Part shown: positions 1-13,029 of the stretch, piece after piece
Position numbering within the stretch: position 1 is the first letter of the stretch
How the letters are laid out: each line of letters opens with the position of its first letter
From: the human T2T-CHM13v2.0 reference genome, Homo sapiens
DNA length: 64,000 nucleotides
Assembly (NCBI RefSeq): GCF_009914755.1
Contig: NC_060948.1
Direction: 5' to 3' (one strand)
Position numbers and translations under genes: made by a program
The notes under the pieces: model-generated
Databases searched by the model: none
What the model was told of the DNA's origin: nothing
The model's input: the letters and a program-made list of their open reading frames with translations, nothing else

Positions 1-152
1 GTAAGAACTTCCACTTGGATGTTCAGAATGATCTCTACCACGGGCCTCACCATAGCCATCCTGATCACTAAATTGGAAAAAAAAAGTTTTCTTAATGCTA
101 GAATAAACAATTTAAGAAATCTATTTGACAAATCTGGAAAACCTTATAGTAC

Positions 153-263
153 CTATATTCTCTAGAGGAATGTTCAACCTGAATAGAATGACCATAATCA
201 TGGTATGCATAGTCTCTAAGTGGTGGAGCATAATCCCTGGTTTCTGGGGAACTTGGATGATTT
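153..263 (-). pseudogene. RBMY: RBMY SRGY-box exon (111 bp)
   Basis: Translates [36 protein letters not shown]; AG acceptor at 264-265 and GT donor at 151-152. Confidence 0.9.
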
Positions 264-349
264 CTGTGTGCATAAGTTTAAGCTAAACAAATTTTAAATT
301 TTCAACTTCTAGTATCCAAAACATAACTAACTTACAACTTAAACAAAAT

Positions 350-1075
350 TAAAAGGCCAAACATCTAAATAGATATTTCTCCATATAAAATAGACACCTG
401 AAAAGCACATGGAACAGATACTCATAATCAGTCATACAGAAAACGCATTTCAAATCCCAAATGAGATACCATACTTCACACACACACTGGAATGGCAATA
501 AATTTTAAAAAGCAGGAAATAACAAGTGTTTGATAGGATGTAAATAAATTGGAACCCTGATACAATGCTAGTTGGAATGGAAAATGATGCAGCTACTATG
601 GAGAAATGTGGTGGTTCCTCAAGAAAACAAACATAATTATCACAGGACCAAGCAATTCCACTCACATACACCCAGAATTGAATAAGCATACTCAAACAAA
701 TATTAGTGCGTAGAAATACTGCCATGGAAACAACCCAAATAAAATAATGGGTTAACAGCTTGTGGAAGGAGTAAAGTGCTGTGATGTAAATGAATCTTCA
801 GGACATCACAGATGTGAAAAGTGTGTAGTGTTTGAGCCCATTAACATTAAATGCTCCCAACCAGGGGTTCAGAGTTAGAACACAGATTGGTGTTTGCTAG
901 CAGCTGAGGAAAGGGAAAAAATGGAAGGGACTGCTTAACTGGTAGTTGGAGGTTTATTTTGGAGTGATGAAAATGTTTTGGAACTCGATGGAGGTAGTTG
1001 GTGTGTGACACAGAATGTATTAAATGCCACTTAACTGTTTACCTTATAATGTTTAATTTTGTTATGTGAATTTCA
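350..1075 (+). mobile_element. Old L1M-type 3' fragments in an RBMY intron
   Basis: Decayed L1 ORF2-end/3'UTR motifs (aatgagataccatacttcacac, ccaagcaattccactc, gatgaaaatgttttggaact). Confidence 0.6.
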
Positions 1076-2325
1076 TCACCACAAAAACAATCAACTGTTT
1101 TTTAAAAATTTTTCCTTTACCCATCCTTAGTTGCATAACCGTCATCTCTTGGTGACATATGGTTATTTGCCAGGAAGAGATTGGCTTTCTGCATGGAGGA
1201 CCTCCATAATTCTCTCTTCCATATGATATGGGACCTTTAATATTAAAAATGATGGAACATTATGAAAAGAACACTATTTTCTGAAACACTATTTTCTCTT
1301 CTCTCAAGCAACTTTTTAAAATTATTTCTTCTATGTCTCCATTCCTCATTCCTTAAATCGCTAGACAGTCATGATACTGTGAATATTTCTTATGGCTTTG
1401 GATAATCTCATGGCTCCTGCAAGGCCAATTCTTCTAAGGAAGCTGAAGCCAAACATTAATTCATAGGTAAAAGTTCATTTGTAATGGTTAATAACTACTT
1501 AGTTATTATTTTCCTTTTTCCTTAGTTATTATTTTCCTTTTCATATGAATTACTGATTACTACTAATGGCACATGGACAAATGTAAAACCATCAAACTCT
1601 TCACTGATTTTAAAGTTTATGTACATTGTCCTTTCTCAGCTGAAGAAGGTAAATTTTCCCTTGTTTACTTCATCTCACACACAAACACTGCCACCTTTGA
1701 ACAACTCCATGCTAAATTTTTACATAAAAGTTCTCCTTTATCTCTAAGTGGTTGGCTTTATTTTAAATGTTGACAAATTAAAATGTACTAGAGAAGATAT
1801 TCTAATGATGGCCAAGATTTATTTTATTGCAATAAGCAATTCTATTAAAGGGGAGATTACAACATTGTTGCTATTTCAAAATAGAAAAGGTTCTCCTGTA
1901 ATATACTCTTCATGTGCTATTTCTTAGAGGTCAGTCTTTCACCTATGATATGTTCACTGGCTAATTTTCCAATGGAAATATGTTGGCTTATGTATCTTGA
2001 AGTTGATAAATACCTAACTTCACCAATACTCTACATATGAAATGTAAAGTTGAAAATGGCAGTTTTCAATTTCCTCCATATTGGGATGGAGGACTAAATA
2101 AGAATTTTAATTAGTTCTGCTTAAGCTTCTTTACTAGGAAATTTAATTTATTGTCTTGCTTTCTTCTGTACAGTCTGCAATCTTACAATTTTCCTTCTCA
2201 AAATATTACTTCTATTCAGTCCTACCGCTCACATCATATTGCTTAGTTCTAAATTCTCTCCTCAAACAATTTCACTTCTTGCACTAAGGATCTTGTGTTA
2301 ATGTTTAAACATCCAGGTACAATCT

Positions 2326-2853
2326 CCTTTTTTTCTTTATTATTATTATTATTATTATTATTATACTTTAAGTTTTAGGGTACATGTGCACAATATGCAG
2401 GTTAGTTACATATGTATACATGTGCCATGCTGGTGTGCTGCACCCATTAACTCGTCATTTAGCATTAGGTATATCTCCTAATGCTAACCCACCCACCTCC
2501 CTCCCCCCACCCCACAACAGTCCCCAGAGTGTGATGTTCCCCTTCCTGTGTCCATGTGTTCTCCTTGTTCAATTCCCATCTATGAGTGAGAACATGTGGT
2601 GTTTGGTTTTTAGTCCTTGTGATAGTTTACTGAGAATGATGATTTCCAATTTCATCCATGTCCCTACAAAGGACATGAACTCATCATTTTTTATGGCTGC
2701 ATAGTATTCCATGGTGTATATGTGCCACATTTTTTTAATCCAGTCTATCATTTTTTGACATTTGGGTTGATTTCAAGTCTTTGCTATTGTGAATAGTGCC
2801 ACAATAAACATACGTGTGCATGTGTCTTTATAACAGCATGATTTATAGTCCTT
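2326..2853 (-). mobile_element. 5'-truncated L1PA (PA2/PA3-like) 3' end with (TTA)n tail
   Basis: Canonical L1 3'UTR and ORF2 C-terminus ([17 protein letters not shown]); TSD caggtacaatct at 2314-2325 and 2854-2865. Confidence 0.93.
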
Positions 2854-3094
2854 CAGGTACAATCTTAATTATTGATTTCACTTCCCCTTATATTTCACAA
2901 CTCTGCACTACTGTGATATCCAGTTAATTTACGAATATTGGACTCCTTCATGTCTACCTTTCAAGCCTTAAATTTATATTTAAAAAATATTTAAACCCAG
3001 GGATGCCTTTTCTGCCCAATGCTCTTGTATTTCTTTTGAGTCTTTATATAAGCTGTAAGAATGCCTTGTACATAAGCATTATTGAATTCTCAGA

Positions 3095-3385
3095 AGCTGG
3101 ATGGCCATGCTCAGCGGCTCACACTATGAGCTAGTGTGGAAGGTTGAGGCAGATGGACTGCTTGATCCCTGGGCTTTAAGGTCAGTTTTGACAATATAGT
3201 GAGATCCTCTCTCTACAAAAATACAGGAAAAAAATTTTTGCTAGGTGTGGTGGTGCATGCTGGTGGTTGCAGAAACTCTGAAGGCTGAAACGGGAAAATT
3301 AGTTGAGTCCAGGAATTTGAGGCTGTAGTAAGCCATCATCTCACCTATGCACTCTGACCTCGTAAGAGCAAGACTCCAATCCAAC
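3095..3385 (+). mobile_element. Decayed Alu (AluJ-like)
   Basis: Degenerate dimeric Alu ending agagcaagactcc. Confidence 0.65.
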
Positions 3386-4799
3386 AAACAAATGTAACAA
3401 GCAATTTTTAGATTGGGACACCAGGGGACCATTACCAGGGGACCTAGAAAATGGAAGAATTCATTAGATGAAGAAACCTACCATCAAAGAATACTTCTAG
3501 GAGCTTTTAGAAAAATTAAGATGAATCTGCTAGCAACACAGGATGAAAAGGAATGTCAGCCTCAATCCAATCACTTCGTCGATCTGCAATGAGAGGCTCA
3601 AGTATATTTTCACCATAAATCTGAAATGTACTTAGTGAGATAGAAACTATAATAAAAGTTATCGATCTGTAATTATGCCCATGTATGTGTCACTTCTCTT
3701 GTTTGATGAACTTAAAATTAAGCAGACAGGTAAAATAACTCATTTTTATTCATACAAAAAATACAGTCTTTTTATCAGGTAGCATTTACCTTGGCCTCCC
3801 ATCCGACTATTGCTTCTTGTCACAGGAGCAGATTTTGTAGGAGGAGGACCTCCATTTCTTGAAGATGGACTTCTTTTAATTGGAATGGGTCCCCTAGAAG
3901 AACTCATGTTGAAATCAAGAGTGTATCCACCATCATGTGTATTTCAAACAAAATCTTTTTAGTTGACTAACATCACTGTTTCTTAAATGGCTAAGTTTTG
4001 GTTGTTTATAAAGGTTTTCTACATATTAAAATCTTACAAATTCATATTTATCTAAACTAATAAAATTAACATTTCTATATGAAATTAGTGCAATTCATGC
4101 AATAAAAGTCCATTTAGAAAATCTAGAAAGAAACTCAAGAATCATAATATGTTGGTGAGAGACAGAGATGTGGGAAAAGTGGGAAGTGAACACAGAGCAG
4201 AAATCTATCAGTAAAATATCTAAGTATAATATACATAAAAATACTAAAAGAAAAATGAAAAATGACTGTTTATATCATTCTGTTATGAGGAAAAATTTTC
4301 AAAGCATATCATAAACTAAATTCCATTCAAAGAAATTTAAATATTTACAATATCAAAACGTGACACATCAGGAAAATACATTATCACTAAAAATTGTTAA
4401 TATAATATAGAATTCTTACGATTCTCTTACAAAACACTAATCTTCAGATTAGACTATGCTAAATTTTAATAATCTTTAAGAATTGCACATTGAATAATAT
4501 ATAAATATTTTTATATATCTACCAAAAATGTAGATATATTCCAATTTCCAGGTGGTGTTTCAGGTTAGACTATGCACATTCTCCTTCATGGCAGAGTATT
4601 ATTTAACCTCACCCTCAAGACGAATAGAGACAAAGTAACCATGAAGCTATACATCTTAAAATGGAGCAAACACTGTAATTTCAACTTTTTAAAAAATCTC
4701 CAATTAATTATACATCTGGTTATTAAAACTCAAACTTAAATGTTAGATTTTTGAAGCTTGGTTAATACATAATACAAGTTAACCAATAGGCTTGTTTGT

Positions 4800-5105
4800 T
4801 TGTTTATTTATATATTTATTTATTGAGAAGGACTCTTGCCCTGTCCCCCAGGCTGGAGTGCAATGGTGTGATCTCAGCTCACTGTAGTTTCTGCCTCCCA
4901 GGTTCCGGCAATTTTCCTGCCTCAGCCCCCTGAGTAGCTGAGATTACAGGTGTACACCACCGCACCAGGATAATTTTTTGTATCTTTGGGAGAGACAGGG
5001 TTTCACCATGTTAGCCAGGCTGGTCTGGAACTCCTGACCTCTTGGTCCACCCGCCCCATATTCCCCAAGTGCTGAGATGACTGGCGTGAGCCACCTTGCC
5101 CACCC
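4800..5105 (-). mobile_element. Alu (AluS-like)
   Basis: ccaggctggagtgcaatgg ... gtgagccacc with a T-rich tail. Confidence 0.85.
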
Positions 5106-7083
5106 CATCTAATAGTTTTTTTTTCTTTTTTTAAATACGTGGTTTGTTTTTCTTTTTTATGTAAAAATTGACCCCTGATTTCTATTGTGTAAATCACAAA
5201 TAAATATCATTTTCAGTGATTAACCCTCCAGCAAAGAAAGAAACATACATATCTGTGAAGCAGTGGTGTTTAGACCTTTCCAGAGTAGCAGACTCTTTTC
5301 AGAAATTAAATTTCTGCATTTCTTAAATTGAAAATGCTTTATGGCAGGCCAATGTACAAACTCCCTGTATCGAAATTACAAAGCAATAGATTTGCTTAGA
5401 TATTTGCACATGTATACATAAATAAAACAAATACTGCAAAATCAATCTTAAATACTGAGTTACTTTTTTCCTGTTGGAAAGTTTTAAATATTCCATCATA
5501 TTTTGATAATACAACTGATATGAAGTTCTGGGCCTCAAATTAGAAAACTCTAAAGTATAATGAATATAAATGAATTCTGCAGAAAACCTGTTGAGTACAG
5601 GCAATCAGCATTCATAAACTCAGTTCAGTTTAAAATTTGTGTTATTTTAATGCAAAGTTATTACAATGTTAAAACAAATTTTAGATATTAGTTTAATCGT
5701 TCTTATAATACACTTTAGTACTTAGAAATAATTTTGCTTATCATGTTAATTTTCTGTTCATAAAGGAAATAAAAAAAATTGAGAAATTCCAGTATCTTCA
5801 AACTTATTTTCTTTCAGTCCTATGGTTCCATCTTTATATTTTAAAACATTACCCACGTGTCCTTCATGTGAGGGAAGCCACCCTCTTGTTCCTCCACTAC
5901 TTCCTCTTGCAGATCTCACACTTCCTGAAGGGCTTCTGTTTCTTGAAGGTGGTGGTCTCCACCTACCACCACTTTGAAAAGATAGTTTTTGGCTTTGTTC
6001 TACTTTTATTGCCTTTCCATCAAAAGACTAAAAGTATTAAGGGTACTATCAATAACATTGGCACGTTTAACCTAAGCACATTTTACTAACAGTTTTACAT
6101 CAACTATAATTCAATTCTATATATTTTCACCCAAAACAACCTTTTTTTCTCCTAAAATGAACACATCTTTCTCAATGCCAAATTTGAGATATTTACTGAG
6201 CACATGCCTTCCATTATGGAACCAAACACAAATGTTATTATTCAAATTCCTTGAAAACTCCTCCATTATTAAAACAAAAACACCTCAAACAAAAAAAGAT
6301 TAACCTATCACACATTCTATGAAATAATGTGGCACATTTATAATCCACTTCATCTTTGTATTCACAACACTGATTTAAAACTTTCAGTGTCGCAGTGAAA
6401 CTTGTGTCATTTAAAAAAGTGAGGTTACCTATTCAAAGTGATTAGTCACATTATTCATTATGAGTTGTTTCTTGTTTGATCTGCTAATACTTACATAAAA
6501 TACCCCCATATGATTTACAATTATATATTTACTCTAGAAATGTTTCTATAAATATGATCCTTGTTTGGTCTTATTAAGGTTTCTTGCCTTACTCATTTCT
6601 TATTTTGTCTTAGACTTGTCCATAAAAAATGACTCTTAATACAGTACTCCATGTAATTTCTCAGAAATCCTTAAATGTTCTAATTAATTTCACAATAACA
6701 TTTTTCAGTGTACTCTTTTCTGTAGGCCACTCTAATTTTTGAAAACAGCTCAGCTAAGAACTTGATTTAAAAACTGCATGGCTTTTGTTATTTGGGGGAA
6801 GATATTAAATACCTTATAGGACCTTTTGCAGCCACATCGCCAGTTGCTCCTACCATGGAACTTTTTTTGTTATTTCTGGGCCCAAAATATTTTCCCTAGA
6901 TTTCTGCATGGCTGCTTCCTTCCCAGTGTTCCAAAGTCATCCAAAATTCCTTAAACTGTTAATTCCCCCTGAAAACTCTAAGAACCTCCTTTACTGGCCA
7001 TCTTAACATTTATGTGCATGTAACATTCAAATTAATTTTTACACAGTAAAATATGTGAGGGGAAGTAATTTAGAAATAACATT

Positions 7084-7392
<309 letters not shown>

Positions 7393-7554
7393 CTACACAA
7401 ATTACCTGCTCTTGTGCTCAAAAAATAGGAGGAAAAAAGAAATTATCATAGATTACTGTGCCTAAGTCAAAATTATCTCCATACCTACCACAAAGCTATG
7501 AACCAAAAGCCACTCTCAGTTTTTACCACAGCTTAAAATACTAATTTATGAGTG

Positions 7555-7861
<307 letters not shown>

Positions 7862-8189
7862 TTATAAGAGTGAATAAAAATGTACTTTCTTCTATGTGCC
7901 AGGAAGTGTGCTAGATGTAATAGAAATAAAAACAACTAGAAAGACTTAAATATGCACTATAGACAATTTAACAATCAATAGTTTAATACATGATACAGTG
8001 AGTATAAAATACCTACGATATGCAATGAGGAAGAAAATATGAAATTTAAGGGGTTTCTTTGAAGCATAAATTGTTATTTTTAGACATACACGGGGAAGGA
8101 TAATTCTCAAGGAGTCCAAAAAAGCATTTGGGGGATAGCATAGAGAGTAACAGGAGCTAAAAACACATTGGGATAATGTTATTTATGAT

Positions 8190-8486
8190 TACTTTTTGTT
8201 TCTTTGAGACAGAGTCTCGCTATGTTGCCAGCCTGGAGTGCAGTGACTTGATCTCGGCTCACTGCAAGCTCTGCCTCTTGAGTTCAACTGATTCCCCTGC
8301 CTTGCCTCCTGAGTAGCTGGAACTACAAGTGCACACCAGCCTGACCAACTAATTTTATTGTATTTCAGTAGAGATGGGATTTCACCATGTTGGCCAGGAT
8401 GGTTTCCATCTCCTGACCTCATGATCCGTCTACCTGGACCTCCCAAAGTGCTGGAATAATAGACTTGCGCCACCACGCCCTGCCTG
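8190..8486 (-). mobile_element. Alu (AluS-like)
   Basis: tgagacagagtctcgct ... cccaaagtgctgg; flanked on both sides by tgggataatgtt (TSD-like). Confidence 0.85.
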
Positions 8487-9308
8487 ACTGGGATAATGTT
8501 ATAAATAAAAAAAACCTCTAAAGGGCCCAGAATGGAAGGATGTTGACTACCATGTAAAAGAATTCAATAGCTAATAGAATTATATGAAAGTTTAAAGCTT
8601 TAGTAAACACACAATCCCTAGATTTAAGACTCAGTAGGACAAGAGACCATTGGTTGGATCAAAACAAGTCCTCAAACACACTGGGAAAAATGAGTTATTA
8701 GGTATTCCTGTTACATAAATCACTCTGGTGACAGGAAAAAAAAGTCCTTAGGAGAAGAGAGCAAGGATGAGGCAAAAATGCCAGTTACTTCTTCTGTTAT
8801 CCAACTTCAATGTTCTCATATTATTTTCTATTTTCAAGTACTTGACACTTCCATAAATATAAAGGTCTTATTTAAATATACTTTCTCAAAAATATATTTT
8901 CAGAAAGTGGGAGAGAATCTTTCCTTTTTGTGAGTCTGTCTAGATGTCTATCCACAGTTTGTCTATGCTCTAGGAGTATTTCCATGAATTGGATGTAATT
9001 CCATTAATAGCATTTAATAAATATTGACTTATTCCTTTCATTCACATGAGGATTCCTTCTAAGTTTTAAAGATCTTCAAAAGCTTCAAAAATCTATCTAT
9101 AGAAATAAAAACATAGAAAAAGGTTATCATATATTAATTTATATAATGTTTATTCCAATACCCTTCAAACTACACTTGCATGTATATGGCAAAAAGAAGA
9201 ACATGGCTAAAGCATTTTGGTTCAGATGGCATTTATAACCTTCAAAAGTTTAGTAATAATAAAAATACATGGAAATTCTGTTAATTGAAGAACAGCATTA
9301 GAATATTA

Positions 9309-9410
<102 letters not shown>

Positions 9411-9828
9411 TCAATCCTTTAACAAAAGAATTAAAACATATGAAAACATTTTACATTTATATAATGGAATCACCAAGGTACTATCTGAAAATTACATCAA
9501 ACCAAAAAATAACTGCATTTCACATCACTGCTATGATTCTTAATACTAAGTCACCCCTATAGTCAGCCTATTTTATTCCAGTTTGTTCCTGAACTCCACA
9601 ACACATTTACTTTTCCTCATTTTCCTTTCTAAGTAGTAGGTGATCCTTACCACAAACCCTTCATCTGGTGCTATGAGATTTTCCAAATATCAAACAGAAA
9701 CTTCAAAGTAAGAATTTAAAAATGATAAAGCATTTTAGTGTATGCATACAATGAACTTTGAAAAAAATATATTTTTCAAAACATATAACATATTTTAAAT
9801 ATACATATTGAAGTATACCTATGAAAAT

Positions 9829-9853
9829 ACACACACACACACACACACACACA
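9829..9853. repeat. (AC)n microsatellite next to the RBMY exon 2 donor
   Basis: Direct read. Confidence 0.9.
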
Positions 9854-9859
9854 GTTTTA

Positions 9860-9997
<138 letters not shown>

Positions 9998-10334
9998 TTA
10001 TCTATAATTAGATAAAAATAAATAAGCTAAAAAGATAAAATTTTGTTACATACTGTGTTGAAAACTCAAGTAAAATTCCCTTCCAGAGGCTGACATCTTT
10101 TTAGTATTTCTTACTTTAAATATGTAAAATTTGTAACATCTAGAGCAAATGGGGCAATGACTTCATGGACAAATGATGCATTTTAATATGTACCTCACAA
10201 AATCTCATTTCTAAACATTAGATAAGCAAAGCTATTGTAATTTTCCTAAGTTGCAATATGAAAGATGCCCCCATTTAAATAATTTTTTTGAAAACTATAT
10301 ATCTATGAGGTACAGTGTGATATTTTGTGTATTT

Positions 10335-10473
10335 TTTTTTCTTGAGATGTATATCTCTTGTGGCCAGAGTGCACTATTTACTGCAGCCTCCTCCACCCCA
10401 CCTCAACTATCCTCCCACATCTCAGCTTCCCAAATAGCTGGAACTACAGGGGCTTTCTACCAGAGATGGGCAA

Positions 10474-10514
<41 letters not shown>

Positions 10515-10628
10515 AATAGACACTGGTTACCCCATATTGCCCAAACCCTCCAAATCCTGGGCTCAAGTGATCTGCTGTCTTGGGACTACCAAAGTTATGG
10601 GATTTCAAGGGTGAACCACCACACCCAG
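10335..10628 (-). mobile_element. Decayed AluJ-like element with internal (GT)n (10477-10512)
   Basis: cagcttcccaaatagctggaactacagg, ctgggctcaagtgatc; GT repeat in the linker. Confidence 0.7.
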
Positions 10629-11957
10629 AATGATATTTGGATAAAAGATTAAATCAAGCTAATTAAAATGTTCTTAGGGGGGAACACTTTAAATAGTTTA
10701 CCATCTTTTAGTAATTTGAAATATACAATAGGTTAAGGATTCCCAAATCTTGGTCTTCAACCTGTACCTGTCTGTGGCCTGAATGTAATGCCTGAGGATG
10801 ACCTGTAATACCTGTCTGTGGAGAATGTAAAGCTTGAGGATGACCTGAAGTAGTATAGTTTTATCCAGAAACCATCCTCCCTATTCCCCTGCTGCCCCAC
10901 CCTGTCCCTGTGACAGCCCCGCTGCCCCACCCGCCCTCTGTCACACTGCTCCCACTGGAAGCCCAGCCCCACCACGTGCCCCTCCGGGCCCTGCTGCCAG
11001 CCCCCACTGCCAAAGGTGTCCACCTTGCCACCTTCTTCCCCTGTGTAACCCTTGTCTGAGGAAAAACTGTCTCCCACTAAACTGATCCCCATTGCAAAAA
11101 TGGCAATATATTAAAGGAGCCCTTTATGTTACCCAGGCTGGTCTCCAACTCCTGACCTCAAACCATCCTCACACCTCCTCTTCCCAAAATGGCAGGTTTA
11201 CAAGAGTAAGTCAGTGTGCCAGGTTAATAGAATAACTTAAGCGCATTTATTTTGTTCCCGTTTTAGGCTATCTAACTCCATTTATCTTGATTACATCCAC
11301 TTACTTAGTTTAAATTATTTACGCTGCCAGAGATACCTGAAACATGTTTCAAATACTGTCATGCAAGGAAGAAGACAATTACAGTTTTTACAGAGGCAAA
11401 TTTAAACTGAGATTATTTATGGCCCCACATTTCTACATACATGAAAGTCACACAATTTATGTCAAAATTTGATAATTCCTTCCAAGCAAATCAGACATGT
11501 GACATGTGCTGACGAAAAGTATAAGTTTTTAATTGCAGTGGTTAAGTATATTGCCTGTATTTTGAATGATGAGCACATTTCACAGTGAAAAACTACTTTA
11601 ATATAAAGTGCACATGAAAACAATGTCACCTTAGCACCATCTCCCGCAACTTGCCCACCTGTCGGACATATCCAACAGTTAAAGGTAGAATCCTCAAGAA
11701 GAATCAGTGAGTTTAACAAAAATGAGTTAATAGTACTAAGGAGTTCTTTCCCTATTGTCTCCTCCCACAATTCAACACCCGCACATGGAAAACCCATCCC
11801 CTTTTACAGACAAAATCCCAAAAGTTTGCTTTCTATTCTTGCCGAGAGACCAACCTGTCCAGAGAAACAGAAAGTGGAGGTGCTTTTCAGTAGGACAAAC
11901 AGCCTCAGGATCCGGGCCTCTGGTCCTATGCATCCTGTTTTGGGACACTACAGGGCC

Positions 11958-12480
11958 AACTGCAGGAAGGACACCTGGAGCTGGCCTGAGCTGGAAGGAC
12001 GGGAGAAACCATTCCCGGAAATCCTGCCTACCTCCAGTGGCCAATCATTGCAAGGGCGGTGGGCATCGGCCAATTATTGCGAGGGCTGTAGGTGTCTCCC
12101 GAGGTGCCCCGCCCCTTCCTGTCCCACAGCTCCAGCCTCCCCTGGTAAGCATCCCCTGAGAAGCTGCTTGTGCCGCGCGGCGGTGGATTCATTCACACGC
12201 GGACTGTGAGCCGTTTGGAATTGTGGGCATGGAAGGCCTACACCCTAACTGGCATGCTGAGTGTGGCAAAACATTGATCCACAGGGAACACATGAAACAC
12301 CTCACTTCATTAGGCAGGCTAGGCTGATGGTACTGAATATTGCAGATCCAGAGGAGAGAGAGAGGGACCAGAGCCGCCTGCTAGGGCGAGGGCAGCAGTG
12401 GTGGCTAGGGGGCGGTTGGGCAGGGCTGGTACGTGGGAGGAAAGTCGACTGGTACATTGCTGGGGTGGATTTCATCTGCA
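11958..12480 (-). promoter_or_regulatory. GC-rich putative promoter/5' region between RBMY (-) and the FAM197Y-like gene (+)
   Basis: CCAAT boxes at 12041 and 12070, GC box gggcgg at ~12054; homologous to the TSPY upstream region 29446-29890. Confidence 0.6.
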
Positions 12481-13029
12481 CCAGAAGCCAAAACCCCACA
12501 AGGACTCTCAGGTCTAGGCAAATGCAGACTCCGAATTCCACACTTCCTCCCTGAGGATACTCTACTCACAGGGGCATTCCAAAGGACCTCTCATCCTGTG
12601 CCCTGGGCACACGGGAGGCCAGCCGCCATGGTCCCCCATTCGATGACCCATGTGCACTGCTTTGCTGGCGCAGAGTCTCCTGCAAGAGCAGTAGCAGCCG
12701 TAGTGCCTGCTAGCGGGGCTCTGGAAGCCCAGGGCCTCGGCCTCCGACTCCAGGGCTACTGTGCGCAGGTAACCCTGCTGGGTGTCTGGGCCCCATGAAG
12801 AGCGCGGCAGGCTGTGGGCCCTGAGGAGCTCCCCAGGAGCCCTGTATACACCTAGGTGTGAGACGTGGTTCTCAGCAGGGCTAGGCCGGCGGGCTCCTCC
12901 GGGAGCTTCCTCTAGAGTCTAGGGGTGCTAGGGAGGTGAGATGGGGGGTGCAGGCCTTAATCTGTGGGAGCCTCAAGGAGGGCACTGTGTTAAGGCTTTA
13001 GGCTCTGCAGGAGAGGGCGGACTGTGTGA

